DNA of 64,000 bases from Patescibacteria group bacterium (GTDB taxonomy: Bacteria; Patescibacteriota; Minisyncoccia; RBG-13-40-8-A). The notes under the pieces were generated by a model. It saw only the letters and a list, made by a program, of their open reading frames with translations, was not told where the DNA came from and did no database searches. Positions 54,140 to 64,000 of the stretch are shown here, one piece after another. The translations under genes were made by a program, and so were the position numbers. The stretch covers positions 14,057 to 78,056 of the forward strand of contig JAZDGD010000004.1 of assembly GCA_043807255.1 (NCBI GenBank). Direction: 5' to 3'. The first letter of the stretch is position 1. The number at the start of each line of letters is the position of its first letter.

Positions 54140-54937
54140 ATGAGTCATTATTCTAAAAAACAACTTAAAATCGGAATTGTGTATTTAGTAATCATTGCGA
54201 TTATTGTTGTTGGAATTTATTTTATTAATCGACCGACTGGACCAACTTGTTCTGATGGAATCAAAAATCAAAACGAAGAAGATATTGATTGTGGTGGATT
54301 GTGTGGACAATGCCAAAAAATTGACGATTTGCAAATTATTTTAGAAAAATTTATTTCCACAACAAACAGTAATTATGATTTGATTGTGAAAATTAAAAAT
54401 CCCAATATTGTTTGGGCAGTAGAATCAGCAGATTATCAAATTAATTTATACGATGCAAGCGACCAATTGATTGGCACCAAAACCAATAGAACCTATATTT
54501 TACCGCAAGAAACAAAATATATCGTTGAGCAAAAGTTTTTTTCAGAAAAACAAGTTGCCAAAATCGAAACCAAATTATCAAATATTATTTGGAAAAAATT
54601 ATCAGAGTTCAGCGATTTAGACATTAGAAACAGAAAAACAGAATATCAGATACTAGAAAACGGTTTTAGTTTGTTGGTAGGTTCGATTGAAAATAAAACC
54701 AGTTACGATTTAGATAAGATTGAAGTTGTGGGCGTTTTGTTTAATGGTCAAAATGAGATTATTGCGGTTGGCAAAACTTTAATGAATACGTTCTTAAGAA
54801 ATGAAAGCAGGGGATTTGAGATGATTTGGCCATATATTATTTCTGAAGAGGTAAAATCGTTTGATGTTAGACCATATACGAATATTTTCCTTGATGAAAA
54901 TTTTATCAAAACACAAGACGGTCAGAGCACATATTAA
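54140..54937 (+). CDS. membrane-anchored hypothetical protein (265 aa) upstream of ftsW
   Basis: N-terminal TM helix; extracytoplasmic domain with a CGGLCGQC motif. Confidence 0.45.
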   Translation: MSHYSKKQLKIGIVYLVIIAIIVVGIYFINRPTGPTCSDGIKNQNEEDIDCGGLCGQCQKIDDLQIILEKFISTTNSNYDLIVKIKNPNIVWAVESADYQINLYDASDQLIGTKTNRTYILPQETKYIVEQKFFSEKQVAKIETKLSNIIWKKLSEFSDLDIRNRKTEYQILENGFSLLVGSIENKTSYDLDKIEVVGVLFNGQNEIIAVGKTLMNTFLRNESRGFEMIWPYIISEEVKSFDVRPYTNIFLDENFIKTQDGQSTY

Positions 54938-54943
54938 ATTAAT

Positions 54944-56029
54944 ATGTTTTTATATTTCTTGAAAAAACTTGACTGGGTGCTGATTATATCGGTTTTGCTT
55001 TTGGCAACCATTGGATTGATGTCGATCTATAGTACCTCTTTCTATCACGAGAAAAGTTATTTTTATAAACAGGCCGGATTTATAATTCTTGGTCTTTTTT
55101 TAATGTTGATTCTTGCGTTCATTGATTATCGACTTTTTAGAAACCATCCCACATTACTTCTGATTTTTTATTTTATTAGCGTTTTTCTCCTGGTTGCGGT
55201 TTTATTTGTGGGCAAATCTAGGGGGGCCGCAAGTTGGTTTAGTTTGGGATTTATTAACATTGAACCAGTTGAAATTGCAAAACTTGTAATGATCTTAATT
55301 TTTGCGCAATATTTTTCTCTCCGACACATTGAATTGTATCGTTTGCGACACATTATTATTTCTGGAATCTATACCGCCCTAGTTGTGGGACTCATTTTTC
55401 TTCAACCGGACATGGGTTCAGCAATGGTGCTGATTTTTCTTTGGTTGGGAGTTATGGTAATTGCAGGAATTAAATTGAGACAGCTTTTGCTTTTGTTTTT
55501 AATTGGAGTTATTTTGCTTGGCGTTGCCTGGGTTGGAGTTTTAAGGCCATATCAAAAAGATAGAATTACTAGTTTTGTTAATCCCTACTTAGACCCACAA
55601 GGAAGTGGTTACCATCGCATTCAATCAATGATTGCAATTGGTTCGGGACAATTTTGGGGCAGAGGGCTTGGACACGGGCCACAATCACAATTGAATTTCT
55701 TGCCCGAACAACATACGGATTTTATTTTTGCATCTATCGGCGAAGAATGGGGATTTGTTGGCTTGATAATTGTTTTTATATTGTATCTTCTGTTGTTTTT
55801 TAGAATTATTAAAATTGCGATTAGGGCTGACAATAATTTTGCAAGATTGTTTTGTGTTGGCACGGCAATTGTTTTAGCTTTTCAGACATTTGTGAATATT
55901 GGTATGAATCTGGGAATTTTGCCAATCACAGGAATTCCTTTGCCATTTGTTTCTTATGGTGGAAGTAATTTATTGATTAATTTTGTAGCGCTGGGGATTA
56001 TTCAAAGTATTGCGATACGAGAAAAATAA
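54944..56029 (+). CDS. ftsW: SEDS-family peptidoglycan glycosyltransferase (FtsW/RodA)
   Basis: 10-TM SEDS architecture; conserved ...PDMGSAMV... and GGSN...motifs. Confidence 0.85.
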   Translation: MFLYFLKKLDWVLIISVLLLATIGLMSIYSTSFYHEKSYFYKQAGFIILGLFLMLILAFIDYRLFRNHPTLLLIFYFISVFLLVAVLFVGKSRGAASWFSLGFINIEPVEIAKLVMILIFAQYFSLRHIELYRLRHIIISGIYTALVVGLIFLQPDMGSAMVLIFLWLGVMVIAGIKLRQLLLLFLIGVILLGVAWVGVLRPYQKDRITSFVNPYLDPQGSGYHRIQSMIAIGSGQFWGRGLGHGPQSQLNFLPEQHTDFIFASIGEEWGFVGLIIVFILYLLLFFRIIKIAIRADNNFARLFCVGTAIVLAFQTFVNIGMNLGILPITGIPLPFVSYGGSNLLINFVALGIIQSIAIREK

Positions 56030-56115
56030 AATTTGCGCATAAACAAAAACCCCCCGAACCGATAGGTTATAGGGGGTATTTTTGTTTTTAAATCGTATAC
56101 AATTTAAAATGAGTG

Positions 56116-56379
56116 TTAGGAAAGGTGTTTTGAAACAAGTTTCGTCATTTCAAACATATCTACGGTTCCTTTTCCCTTGAAAACAGCTTTCAAGTTTGCA
56201 TCAGCAATAATGTTGCGTTTTGCCTTTGGATCTTGAAGATTGTTCTTCTTCATATATATCCAAAGCTTTTTAACAACTTCTGATCTTGGCAATGGACCCT
56301 TTCCGACGACCAATGCAAGTTCTTCGCTCACTTTTAATGGTTTCATGAAGGCTGCATTTGGTTTTCTTTTTGTCGCCAT
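56116..56379 (-). CDS. SWIB/MDM2-domain protein (87 aa from MATKRKP)
   Basis: ...PLKVSEELALVVGKGPLPRSEVVKKLWIYMKKNNLQDPKAKRNIIADANLKAVF... is a typical SWIB fold sequence. Confidence 0.65.
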   Translation of the reverse strand: MATKRKPNAAFMKPLKVSEELALVVGKGPLPRSEVVKKLWIYMKKNNLQDPKAKRNIIADANLKAVFKGKGTVDMFEMTKLVSKHLS

Positions 56380-56678
56380 AAAAATTGTTTTACTTATGCT
56401 TATTAAAAGACCTTTATGTACATAGTATAGCATAGATAAATAAATTGCAAAAGTTTATTTATCATGTCGACACGTTTTAGGCAAGGACATTTTGCCTGAC
56501 GAGAGGACAGTCTTTTAAGGGGCTTCGGCCCCTTTTTTATTCTTATACTGTATTTTGTACGATCGTTTTATTTACAGTATAAATTATTAATTTGTTTGAC
56601 TTTTTGTCTAGTCTTGCTACAATCTAACCAAGGAGGCACATAGCTCCTTAAATCTAAATAAAAAAAAGGAAGGAAGAG

Positions 56679-57071
56679 ATGTTTAAAGATTTGACGGAAG
56701 TGTTGAGCAAGCTAAATCAACTGGTCAAAAAGATCAAAGAAGACGCCATTGTTCAGGTCAAATTTGGCCCAACAATCATATTTGATCTAAACGAAAAATA
56801 CTACGTCAGTGTAAGCATTGAATTTCGAGGGATATCGGATTTTAGCATGAACCATCTTGTAGAAATGGCACAGTTCTATAAGGTCACAAGCACCACGGAT
56901 TGGGCGATATCGATTGATGGATCTGTGAGCATTTCGCTTTCAAGTGTTGTCACTGTTAGAGAAAATTATTTACGACTCTATATTTCGCGTACCAAGTATA
57001 TGGATTTTCTGAAGAAACACAATAAGTCGGATGTCGTGGCGACTTACACGGATGCGGAGCTTAGAATGTAG
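56679..57071 (+). CDS. hypothetical protein (130 aa) with its own promoter TTGACT-16-TGCTACAAT
   Basis: promoter at 56595-56624; SD ggaaggaagag; GC-elevated. Confidence 0.45.
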   Translation: MFKDLTEVLSKLNQLVKKIKEDAIVQVKFGPTIIFDLNEKYYVSVSIEFRGISDFSMNHLVEMAQFYKVTSTTDWAISIDGSVSISLSSVVTVRENYLRLYISRTKYMDFLKKHNKSDVVATYTDAELRM

Positions 57072-57192
57072 AACCCAAGCACTCTTTGTCCAAATGATCT
57101 CGGGCCCCCCGTGGGTCCCGTTTTTTATTTGGTATTGACTTTTTCCAAGGGACGTGCTATACTTACAACATAGTTCAAATAAGGAGGATGCG

Positions 57193-57342
57193 ATGAATAT
57201 CAAGTCATTGCTGGTCGGAGTCGTGTTGGTGGTGTTGAGTAAGTGGTTCGGCGGATTCTTTTTCGTCGCCGGTATCGCTCTCATCCTTTCCTCGGCGGGA
57301 AAGACAAGGTTCACCAGGAACAGTTCTTTGTCAAATTTCTGA
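57193..57342 (+). CDS. small membrane peptide (49 aa, one TM helix)
   Basis: promoter TTGACT-17-TATACT (ggacgtgctatact); SD aaggagga; hydrophobic core LLVGVVLVVL...FFFVAGIALIL. Confidence 0.45.
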   Translation: MNIKSLLVGVVLVVLSKWFGGFFFVAGIALILSSAGKTRFTRNSSLSNF

Positions 57343-57449
57343 AACCCAGAAACTTCGGCACATCATGGGGCTCGCTTCGCGAGCCTCTCTTTTTATTTTG
57401 AATTGACATTTCACCCCTTTTTGCTACAATCTAATCAGAGGAGAGAGAC

Positions 57450-57620
57450 ATGAAAAACTTGAACTTTGGCAAGTCGAACAAGCAAATCGGCAAAAGGAGG
57501 AACGTTCAGCCCAAGCCAACGGCAAAACAAGTCAAAAGAGCCAGAAGGCAAAAAGCCATTAAGGCAAAAGAAGTCAGATTCGGGAAGAGCAAAGACTATA
57601 GTTATTTGTTTGAATTTTAA
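57450..57620 (+). CDS. small highly basic peptide (56 aa, Lys/Arg-rich)
   Basis: promoter TTGACA-16-TGCTACAAT at 57404-57433; SD gaggagagaga; not in the ORF track because it is under 60 aa. Confidence 0.4.
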   Translation: MKNLNFGKSNKQIGKRRNVQPKPTAKQVKRARRQKAIKAKEVRFGKSKDYSYLFEF

Positions 57621-57634
57621 ACAAGGAGGAGAAG

Positions 57635-57880
57635 ATGAAAACTGGTGTTGCGTTTTTGTTTCGCGGTGAACGAGAAGAAACCGAGAAGGCGAAAAAACTC
57701 TTAGATGAGGCAAAAATTCCATACGAGGAAAAAGAACAAGGACCCGAAGACGGAGGACCGATACTCCATGTTCTTTGTAGGACAAGAGAATACTACGGGT
57801 TGGAGGAAATAGAAACCCTCATCCGCGGGTGGAAAGAATTCCAATCCGTTTCTACTCCCGATAACATGTACAACGAATAA
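57635..57880 (+). CDS. hypothetical protein (81 aa, acidic)
   Basis: SD acaaggaggagaag; terminator gggggcttcggcccc plus T-run at 57882-57905. Confidence 0.45.
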   Translation: MKTGVAFLFRGEREETEKAKKLLDEAKIPYEEKEQGPEDGGPILHVLCRTREYYGLEEIETLIRGWKEFQSVSTPDNMYNE

Positions 57881-57951
57881 CGGGGGCTTCGGCCCCTTTT
57901 TTATTTTTTTGGGTTGACCCCGCTGTTTTAAATTTATATAATAAAAGAGAG

Positions 57952-58512
57952 ATGAACGAACAAAATAAAACAATTTATATATTTATAGATGCATCAAATG
58001 TTTGGAATGCGGTTAAGTCGGTTAAAAAGTTTATTGAATACAAAACTCTTAAAGATTATTTTAGGAAAAATTTTAATGCAGACAAGGTTGAAATTTTTTA
58101 TTACGATGCCTATCCAAAAGCCGGAACAAGAGATTATGACTTGGATGGAAAGCATAAATTTTTTACTTATCTTAAGAAGGGGCTTGGTTTTACTGTGAGA
58201 AAAAAAGAGTTAAAAAGAATTTCCGTTATTGGCGAGAGTGGAGAATCTATCATAGAAAAAGGAAATATGGATGTGGAAATAACAATTGACGCGATGCATA
58301 ACATTGATAAATATAATATAGCCGTCTTTTTTAGCGGGGATGCTGATTTTCTTGCATTGGTGAATTATTTAAAAAATATTAGTAAAAAGGTCTATATTTT
58401 TTCGTCAAAAGATAATATTTCTCACGAACTAAAAACTGGCGGAGATGGTTATTTTGATTTAAAAGATATACATGAATTTTGGGGTAAAGATTTAAAACAT
58501 CGCACAAAATAA
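57952..58512 (+). CDS. NYN-domain (LabA-like, PIN-related) putative ribonuclease
   Basis: IFIDASNV...GNMDVEITIDAMH...FSGDADFLALV signature acidic residues. Confidence 0.65.
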   Translation: MNEQNKTIYIFIDASNVWNAVKSVKKFIEYKTLKDYFRKNFNADKVEIFYYDAYPKAGTRDYDLDGKHKFFTYLKKGLGFTVRKKELKRISVIGESGESIIEKGNMDVEITIDAMHNIDKYNIAVFFSGDADFLALVNYLKNISKKVYIFSSKDNISHELKTGGDGYFDLKDIHEFWGKDLKHRTK

Positions 58513-58664
58513 CAATATATAAACGAAAGTCACCCTCAATTAAGAGGGTGACCCTACGATGTATAACCCTAACGGTTCTATGGATAGAACCGAAAGACAT
58601 TATTAGTATAGATAAATTAATTAGGTAAGTCAATAGCGAGTTATCCACAGACAAAACAAATCTT

Positions 58665-58970
58665 ATGCGATACAATAAACTTGTCCGAGATAAAATACCG
58701 GAAATAATAAGAGGGAAGGGCGAGACGCTGATTACGCATATTGCTGACGATCAGGAATACGAGATTAAGCTAAAAGAAAAACTTCAAGAAGAAGTTGGGG
58801 AATTTTTAAAAGACAGTAATGCCGAAGAGTTGGCTGATATTTTAGAGGTTATTTATGCGCTTGGCGATAATATTGGAGTTGCCAAAGAAGAACTAGAAAA
58901 AATCCGTGCAGAAAAAGCTGAAAAACGTGGGGGATTTAAAGAAAAAATAATTTTAGATGAAACGAAATAA
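58665..58970 (+). CDS. MazG-like / PRA-PH-like all-alpha nucleoside-triphosphate pyrophosphohydrolase
   Basis: KLVRDKIPEII...EEVGEFL...EELADILEVIYAL...KRGGF pattern. Confidence 0.6.
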   Translation: MRYNKLVRDKIPEIIRGKGETLITHIADDQEYEIKLKEKLQEEVGEFLKDSNAEELADILEVIYALGDNIGVAKEELEKIRAEKAEKRGGFKEKIILDETK

Positions 58971-58972
58971 AT

Positions 58973-59578
58973 ATGAACTATAAAGACATAGAAGAATTAA
59001 TTCCGTTTTTATTTAAGATTCGAGAATTGCATCAAGTCTACAGGGCGACCCCTGAATTGGATGGAAGATTCGAAAATGACGCAGAACATACTTGGTCGGT
59101 CGCAATGACCGTTGCTTTGGCGTTGCCATACCTGGAGAAAGAATTAAATATAAAAATAGATCGGGAGAAAATTTTTATTATGTCTTTAATCCATGATTTG
59201 GCTGAAATTAAAACGGGGGACACAAAAACATGGGACGCAACCGCACGCATCAATAAAGAAGAGAAAGAAAGAGACGCAATGACAGAATTATTTAATTTAT
59301 TGCCCAACGAACATGCGGAAAAATTTAAGGCACTTTGGGAGGAATGTGAAAAACAAGAAACTCTCGAGGCCAAAATAGTTAAATCAATTGACCGCATGGA
59401 TCCCGTTATTCACAGAACCTCGACTAAATTGGGTTGGCACGATGTTGAAGATGGACACAATACAATCGATGCTCTAAATCAAAGACAATTACCAAGGCAT
59501 AATTTTTCCAAAAGTTTAACCGATTTATTTAAAAAAATAAGAGATATAGCAGAAAACGATAATTTATTTAAAAAATAA
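58973..59578 (+). CDS. HD-domain phosphohydrolase (YfbR-like 5'-deoxynucleotidase family)
   Basis: ENDAEHTWSVAM...LIHDLAEIKTGD; starts 3 nt after the MazG-like stop. Confidence 0.7.
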   Translation: MNYKDIEELIPFLFKIRELHQVYRATPELDGRFENDAEHTWSVAMTVALALPYLEKELNIKIDREKIFIMSLIHDLAEIKTGDTKTWDATARINKEEKERDAMTELFNLLPNEHAEKFKALWEECEKQETLEAKIVKSIDRMDPVIHRTSTKLGWHDVEDGHNTIDALNQRQLPRHNFSKSLTDLFKKIRDIAENDNLFKK

Positions 59579-59579
59579 C

Positions 59580-59840
59580 GTGCCACAAATAATATTTAAA
59601 ATTCAGAAAGCGGGGGAGAGAGGAAGATCTCCGATCGAAATAATTGTTAAAAATAATAATAAATCCTACAGTCAGATTACGGCGGAGACCGATAAATTGT
59701 TATTAACACTTGACAAGGTTTTAAAATCTGCTAAACTTAAAATAGAATTAGTTAAGGATATCAAAGTTATAAGTCATAAAGAAGCCGGGCTCACATCACA
59801 AAGAATTGTGAGAGCCATCAAACAAGCACTTGACTTCTAA
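59580..59840 (+). CDS. hypothetical protein (86 aa, GTG start overlapping the previous stop)
   Basis: ORF only. Confidence 0.35.
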   Translation: MPQIIFKIQKAGERGRSPIEIIVKNNNKSYSQITAETDKLLLTLDKVLKSAKLKIELVKDIKVISHKEAGLTSQRIVRAIKQALDF

Positions 59841-59939
59841 ATTTAATTAAATTAGTATAGAAAAAGCTGGAAAAGCCCTATTTTAGGGTCAGTTTCTATA
59901 TTTTAATATATTTTTAATCGGGTAAAAGCCTCCGTTATC

Positions 59940-62900
59940 ATGATTAAATATTTTTCGAACTATCCCAAAAAACAATATCCTCTTCCAAACTTAGTTGAGA
60001 TACAGCTCAACAGTTACAAATTATTTTTTGAAAAGGGGTTAAGAGAACTTTCTGATGAAATGTCTCCTATCGTCGATTACGGCGGTAAGGACCTTTCTTT
60101 GTATTTCAAAGAGTATTATTTAGATGAACCTAAGTGTGATGAACTCAAAGCGAAGAAGAATGGCTTATCATACGAAGCGCCACTTAAGGTTAAATTAAAA
60201 TTAGTCAACAAAAAAGCGAACGAGACAAAGGAACAGGAGATTTTTCTTACTGATATTCCTTTGATGACTCCCCGCGGAACATTTATTGTCAACGGAGTGG
60301 AAAGAGTAGTTATTTCCCAGTTGATTAGATCCGCGGGTGTTTTTTTTAAGACAGCATATATTAAGGGTAGAAAAGTTCATGGCGCAAAAATTATTCCAAA
60401 CAGAGGCGCTTGGTTAGAATTTGACACCGAAGCAAACAATACAATTGTTGTGAGAATTGACCGAAAAAGAAAAATTCCCGCAACCTCATTGTTAAGAATT
60501 TTTGGTTTAGAAACCGATGAACAAATTTTAAAAGAATTCAAAGATGCTGATAATGACCCAGAAATACAATTTATAAAAGAAACCTTGGACAAGGACCCAG
60601 CAAAAACGCCAGACGAGGCTTGGATCGAAATTTATAAAAGAATTAGACCAGGCGATTTAGCCGCAATTGATAATGCCAGACAATTGATTGAAAATATGTT
60701 TAAGAATTTTGAAAGATATGATTTGTCAGAGGTTGGAAGATATAAATTAAATCATCGAATGGGACTTAAAACCCCATTAGACCCAGAACATAGAATTTTG
60801 AGAAAAGAAGATATCGTTGCAACCCTGAAAGAAATTATTAAATTAAACAATAGTCCTGATATGGTTGGCGATGACATTGATCACTTAGGAAATAGGCGCG
60901 TAAGATCATTGGGCGAGCTTTTACAAAACAAATTTAGAGTAGGAATGGCGAGAACAATTAGGATTGTTAGAGACAGAATGAGTACGATGGATGCTTATAA
61001 TTTAGCTCCAGCACAACTTTTGAATGCGCGACCATTAATGGCAGCAGTCAAAGAATTTTTTACCTCATCGCAATTATCCCAATTTATGGACCAAGACAAT
61101 CCCTTGTCGGAACTGGAACACAAAAGAAGATTGTCAGCAATGGGTCCGGGCGGTTTAACTAAAGAAAGAGCTGGTTTTGAGGTTCGTGACGTGCATCCAT
61201 CTCACTATGGAAGAATTTGTCCAATTGAAACACCGGAAGGCCCAAACATTGGTTTGGTTGGCCATTTAGCAAGTTATGCCAAAATTAATGACTATGGATT
61301 TATTGAAACTCCATATAGAAAGGTTAAAGACGGAAAACTTACTAATGAAATTATTTATATGGATGCTTCGGAAGAAGAGAAATATAACATTGCTCATGCT
61401 GGAGTACACATTGAAGCCGATGGAAAGATTGGCGAAAAAAGGGTTGAAGCAAGAATTCATGGTGAACCAGGAATTGTTGACAGAAACGATGTTGATTATA
61501 TGGACGTTTCTCCTTATCAATGTATTTCTATTGCCACCGCTTTAATTCCATTTGTTGAGCATGATGATTCTAATCGTGCACTTATGGGTTCGAACATGCA
61601 GAAGCAGGCAGTGCCATTAGTTAATCCGCAAGCACCGCTTGTGGGAACTGGGATTGAAAGAAAGGCAGCCATGGATTCAGGACAAGTTATGTTGGCACCA
61701 AATGATGGGGTAATTAAAGAAGTTGATGCATCACATATTGTTATTTCTTCAAAAGGTACAATTAAAAATTATCCTTTAAATAATTATCTTCGTTCCAATG
61801 AATATACCTGTATTCATCAAAGACCAATAGTAAAACAGGGCCAGAAAATTAAAATGGGAGATGTTATTGCTGATAGTACTTCAACTCAAGGAGGAGAATT
61901 GGCATTGGGACAAAATTTATTGGTTGCGTTCTTGTCTTGGTCAGGAGCAAATTTTGAAGATGCAATTGTGCTTTCGGAAAAATTAGTTAAAGATGATAGG
62001 TTTAGTTCGATACACATTGAAGAACATGATTGCGATGTTCGTGATACAAAATTAGGACCAGAAATTACAACCCCCGATATTCCTAACGTTGGAGAAGATC
62101 GACTAAAAGATTTAGACGAAGAAGGAATTGTGAGAATTGGTGCAGAAGTTGGTCCAGACGATATTTTGGTAGGAAAAATATCACCAAAAGGTGAGACCGA
62201 TTTAACTGCAGAAGAAAGATTGTTAAGGGCTATTTTTGGCGATAAGGCCAGAGACATTAAAGATACATCATTGAGATTATCTCATGGAAAGCGTGGAAGA
62301 GTTGTGGGAGTTAAAATCTTTTCAAGAGACAAAGGAGATAAATTACAAACTGGCGTGATCAAATCAGTTAGAGTTGAAATTGCTCAATTTAGAAAGGTCT
62401 CCATTGGCGACAAGCTTGCTGGAAGACATGGAAACAAAGGCGTTATTTCAAAAGTATTACCAGAACAAGATATGCCATACTTAGAAGACGGTACACCAGT
62501 TGAAATTGTTTTAAATCCATTGGGCGTTGCTTCTCGTATGAATTTGGGACAGATTTTAGAAACTCATTTAGGATGGGCGGCAAAAAAATTAGGATACAGA
62601 ACATATAGCCCGCCATTTTCAGGCGTTACAGAAGAAGAAATTAAGGCAGAACTTAAAAAAGCAGGACTTCCAGAAAGCGGGAAGGTTACATTATATGACG
62701 GAAGAACTGGCGAACCATTTATCAATAAAGTTACAGTTGGTCAGATTTATATGTTGAAATTAAATCATTTAGTTGAAGACAAAATTCATATGCGTTCAAT
62801 TGGGCCATACTCATTGATTACACAGCAACCACTTGGTGGAAAAGCACAATTTGGAGGTCAGAGATTTGGAGAAATGGAGGTCTGGGCACTCGAAGGTTAT

Positions 62901-63134
62901 GGAGCTGCTCATACATTGCAAGAAATGTTAACCATAAAATCTGATGACGTTATCGGCCGTGCCAATGCTTACGATTCCATTATTAAAGGCAGACCAATAC
63001 AAAATCCACACTTACCATCATCGTTTAATGTTTTATTAAGTGAAATTAGATCGCTTGGATTTGCGATTAATACGGTGAACGAAGTTGATACAACAAAAAT
63101 CGATAATAAAAAAATTAAAAAATCCCGACCATAG
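59940..63134 (+). CDS. rpoB: DNA-directed RNA polymerase subunit beta (compact, 1064 aa)
   Basis: conserved rifampicin-cluster region, ...GRHGNKGV..., NADFDGDQM-equivalent blocks. Confidence 0.9.
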   Translation: MIKYFSNYPKKQYPLPNLVEIQLNSYKLFFEKGLRELSDEMSPIVDYGGKDLSLYFKEYYLDEPKCDELKAKKNGLSYEAPLKVKLKLVNKKANETKEQEIFLTDIPLMTPRGTFIVNGVERVVISQLIRSAGVFFKTAYIKGRKVHGAKIIPNRGAWLEFDTEANNTIVVRIDRKRKIPATSLLRIFGLETDEQILKEFKDADNDPEIQFIKETLDKDPAKTPDEAWIEIYKRIRPGDLAAIDNARQLIENMFKNFERYDLSEVGRYKLNHRMGLKTPLDPEHRILRKEDIVATLKEIIKLNNSPDMVGDDIDHLGNRRVRSLGELLQNKFRVGMARTIRIVRDRMSTMDAYNLAPAQLLNARPLMAAVKEFFTSSQLSQFMDQDNPLSELEHKRRLSAMGPGGLTKERAGFEVRDVHPSHYGRICPIETPEGPNIGLVGHLASYAKINDYGFIETPYRKVKDGKLTNEIIYMDASEEEKYNIAHAGVHIEADGKIGEKRVEARIHGEPGIVDRNDVDYMDVSPYQCISIATALIPFVEHDDSNRALMGSNMQKQAVPLVNPQAPLVGTGIERKAAMDSGQVMLAPNDGVIKEVDASHIVISSKGTIKNYPLNNYLRSNEYTCIHQRPIVKQGQKIKMGDVIADSTSTQGGELALGQNLLVAFLSWSGANFEDAIVLSEKLVKDDRFSSIHIEEHDCDVRDTKLGPEITTPDIPNVGEDRLKDLDEEGIVRIGAEVGPDDILVGKISPKGETDLTAEERLLRAIFGDKARDIKDTSLRLSHGKRGRVVGVKIFSRDKGDKLQTGVIKSVRVEIAQFRKVSIGDKLAGRHGNKGVISKVLPEQDMPYLEDGTPVEIVLNPLGVASRMNLGQILETHLGWAAKKLGYRTYSPPFSGVTEEEIKAELKKAGLPESGKVTLYDGRTGEPFINKVTVGQIYMLKLNHLVEDKIHMRSIGPYSLITQQPLGGKAQFGGQRFGEMEVWALEGYGAAHTLQEMLTIKSDDVIGRANAYDSIIKGRPIQNPHLPSSFNVLLSEIRSLGFAINTVNEVDTTKIDNKKIKKSRP

Positions 63135-63166
63135 TCGAGGATCCTCGACACCAAAGGTGTCGGGAC
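63124..63166 (+). repeat. palindromic element cccgaccatagtcgaggatcctcgacaccaaaggtgtcgggac in the rpoB-rpoC spacer (a copy of the gatB-internal element)
   Basis: perfect gtcgaggatcctcgac and cgacaccaaaggtgtcg hairpins. Confidence 0.8.
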
Positions 63167-63173
63167 AATCATT

Positions 63174-64000
63174 ATGCATTTTGACGACGATCAAAAACAA
63201 GAAGAGTTTAATGGGCTTCAAATAAAGATTGCTGGACCAGAAGAAATTTTGGCCTGGTCTCATGGCGAAATTACAAAACCGGAAACCATTAACTATCGAA
63301 CTCAGCGAGCCGAGAAAGATGGTTTGTTTTGTGAGAAAATTTTTGGTCCAGAAAAAGATTGGGAATGTTATTGCGGAAAATACAGAAAGATTAGATACAA
63401 AGGAATTGTTTGTGATCGTTGTGGAGTAGAGGTAACTAGGTCGATTGTTAGACGTGAAAGAATGGGACACATCCATCTGGCCGTGCCCGTTTCTCATATT
63501 TGGTTTTTACGAGGCGTGCCATCAAGAATAGGTTTAATTTTAAATGTTTCAGTACAAAAACTTGAGAAAGTTGCTTATTTTGCTGCCTATATTATTACGA
63601 AAGTTGATGAAAAAGCAAAAGAAAAAGCATTTAATGATATTGAACGAGAATACAAGGCCAAATTAAAAACAGTTGACAGTAGAGACGCAAAGAAAGATTT
63701 GAAAATGGCAACAGATAGAGCAAAAGATGAACTTTCGAAAATCCAAAAATTAGAAATCATTTCCGAATTAGCATTCAGGCATTTATCACAAAAGTATAGT
63801 GAAGTTTTTTCGGCAGGGATTGGCGCAGAAGCATTAAGAGATATTTGTAAAGACATTGACTTAGAAAAATTAGCAGTAGAACTTGAAATAGAATTAAAAC
63901 AAGTCGAAGCAATGCAAAAACGAAAAGTAATGCATAGATTGAGATTGGTTAGAGGATTTCAAAGAGCAAGCATTAGACCAGAATGGATGTTTTTGGTGAA
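63174..64000 (+). CDS. rpoC: DNA-directed RNA polymerase subunit beta' (5' part; runs off the window)
   Basis: zinc-binding [23 protein letters not shown] and ...[18 protein letters not shown]. Confidence 0.85.
   Translation, partial: MHFDDDQKQEEFNGLQIKIAGPEEILAWSHGEITKPETINYRTQRAEKDGLFCEKIFGPEKDWECYCGKYRKIRYKGIVCDRCGVEVTRSIVRRERMGHIHLAVPVSHIWFLRGVPSRIGLILNVSVQKLEKVAYFAAYIITKVDEKAKEKAFNDIEREYKAKLKTVDSRDAKKDLKMATDRAKDELSKIQKLEIISELAFRHLSQKYSEVFSAGIGAEALRDICKDIDLEKLAVELEIELKQVEAMQKRKVMHRLRLVRGFQRASIRPEWMFLV

Noticed and set aside
59940-63134. rpoB as truncated or fragmentary because it is only 1064 aa
   Set aside because: A continuous frame from start to stop, with the conserved blocks in order. 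Compact RpoB forms lacking lineage-specific insertions are expected in small genomes.

Overview
This 64-kb window is a low-GC (about 35%) bacterial chromosome segment with the look of a reduced Candidate Phyla Radiation/Patescibacteria-type genome. Core informational genes are present (lysS, serS, tyrS, thrS, gatB, a short dnaX, dnaE, rpmF-nusB-rnc-rpsP-KH-trmD, ddl, murC, murD, ftsW, rpoB and the start of rpoC). The rRNA operon is split: 16S with tRNA-Ile and tRNA-Ala lies about 7.5 kb from 23S-5S. The 23S carries an intron with a LAGLIDADG homing endonuclease inserted in the sarcin-ricin loop context. Several families of short GAGG-loop-CCTC and CCCCGC-loop-GCGGGG palindromic repeats are dispersed through the window, some lying in frame inside conserved genes. 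Four points stand out. (1) A self-contained GC-rich expression cassette (consensus promoter, strong SD, one unknown 223-aa gene, terminator) sits in the 3' end of murC with a 66-bp duplication. (2) A GC-rich, strongly promoted roughly 330-nt ncRNA of unassigned family is encoded antisense between tyrS and the next gene. (3) The 16S gene appears to lack the canonical anti-Shine-Dalgarno tail, while strong AGGAGG sites are confined mostly to GC-elevated accessory islands. (4) Two accessory islands (32.1-33.75 kb and 56.4-59.6 kb) carry repeated consensus-promoter modules, small ORFs, candidate sRNAs and a NYN/MazG-like/HD nucleotide-hydrolase module. A MiaB-MiaA fusion protein and a duplicated roughly 76-bp leader upstream of lysS and murD are further notable points. 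Domain calls rest on motif recognition by eye, and all RNA-family assignments are tentative.
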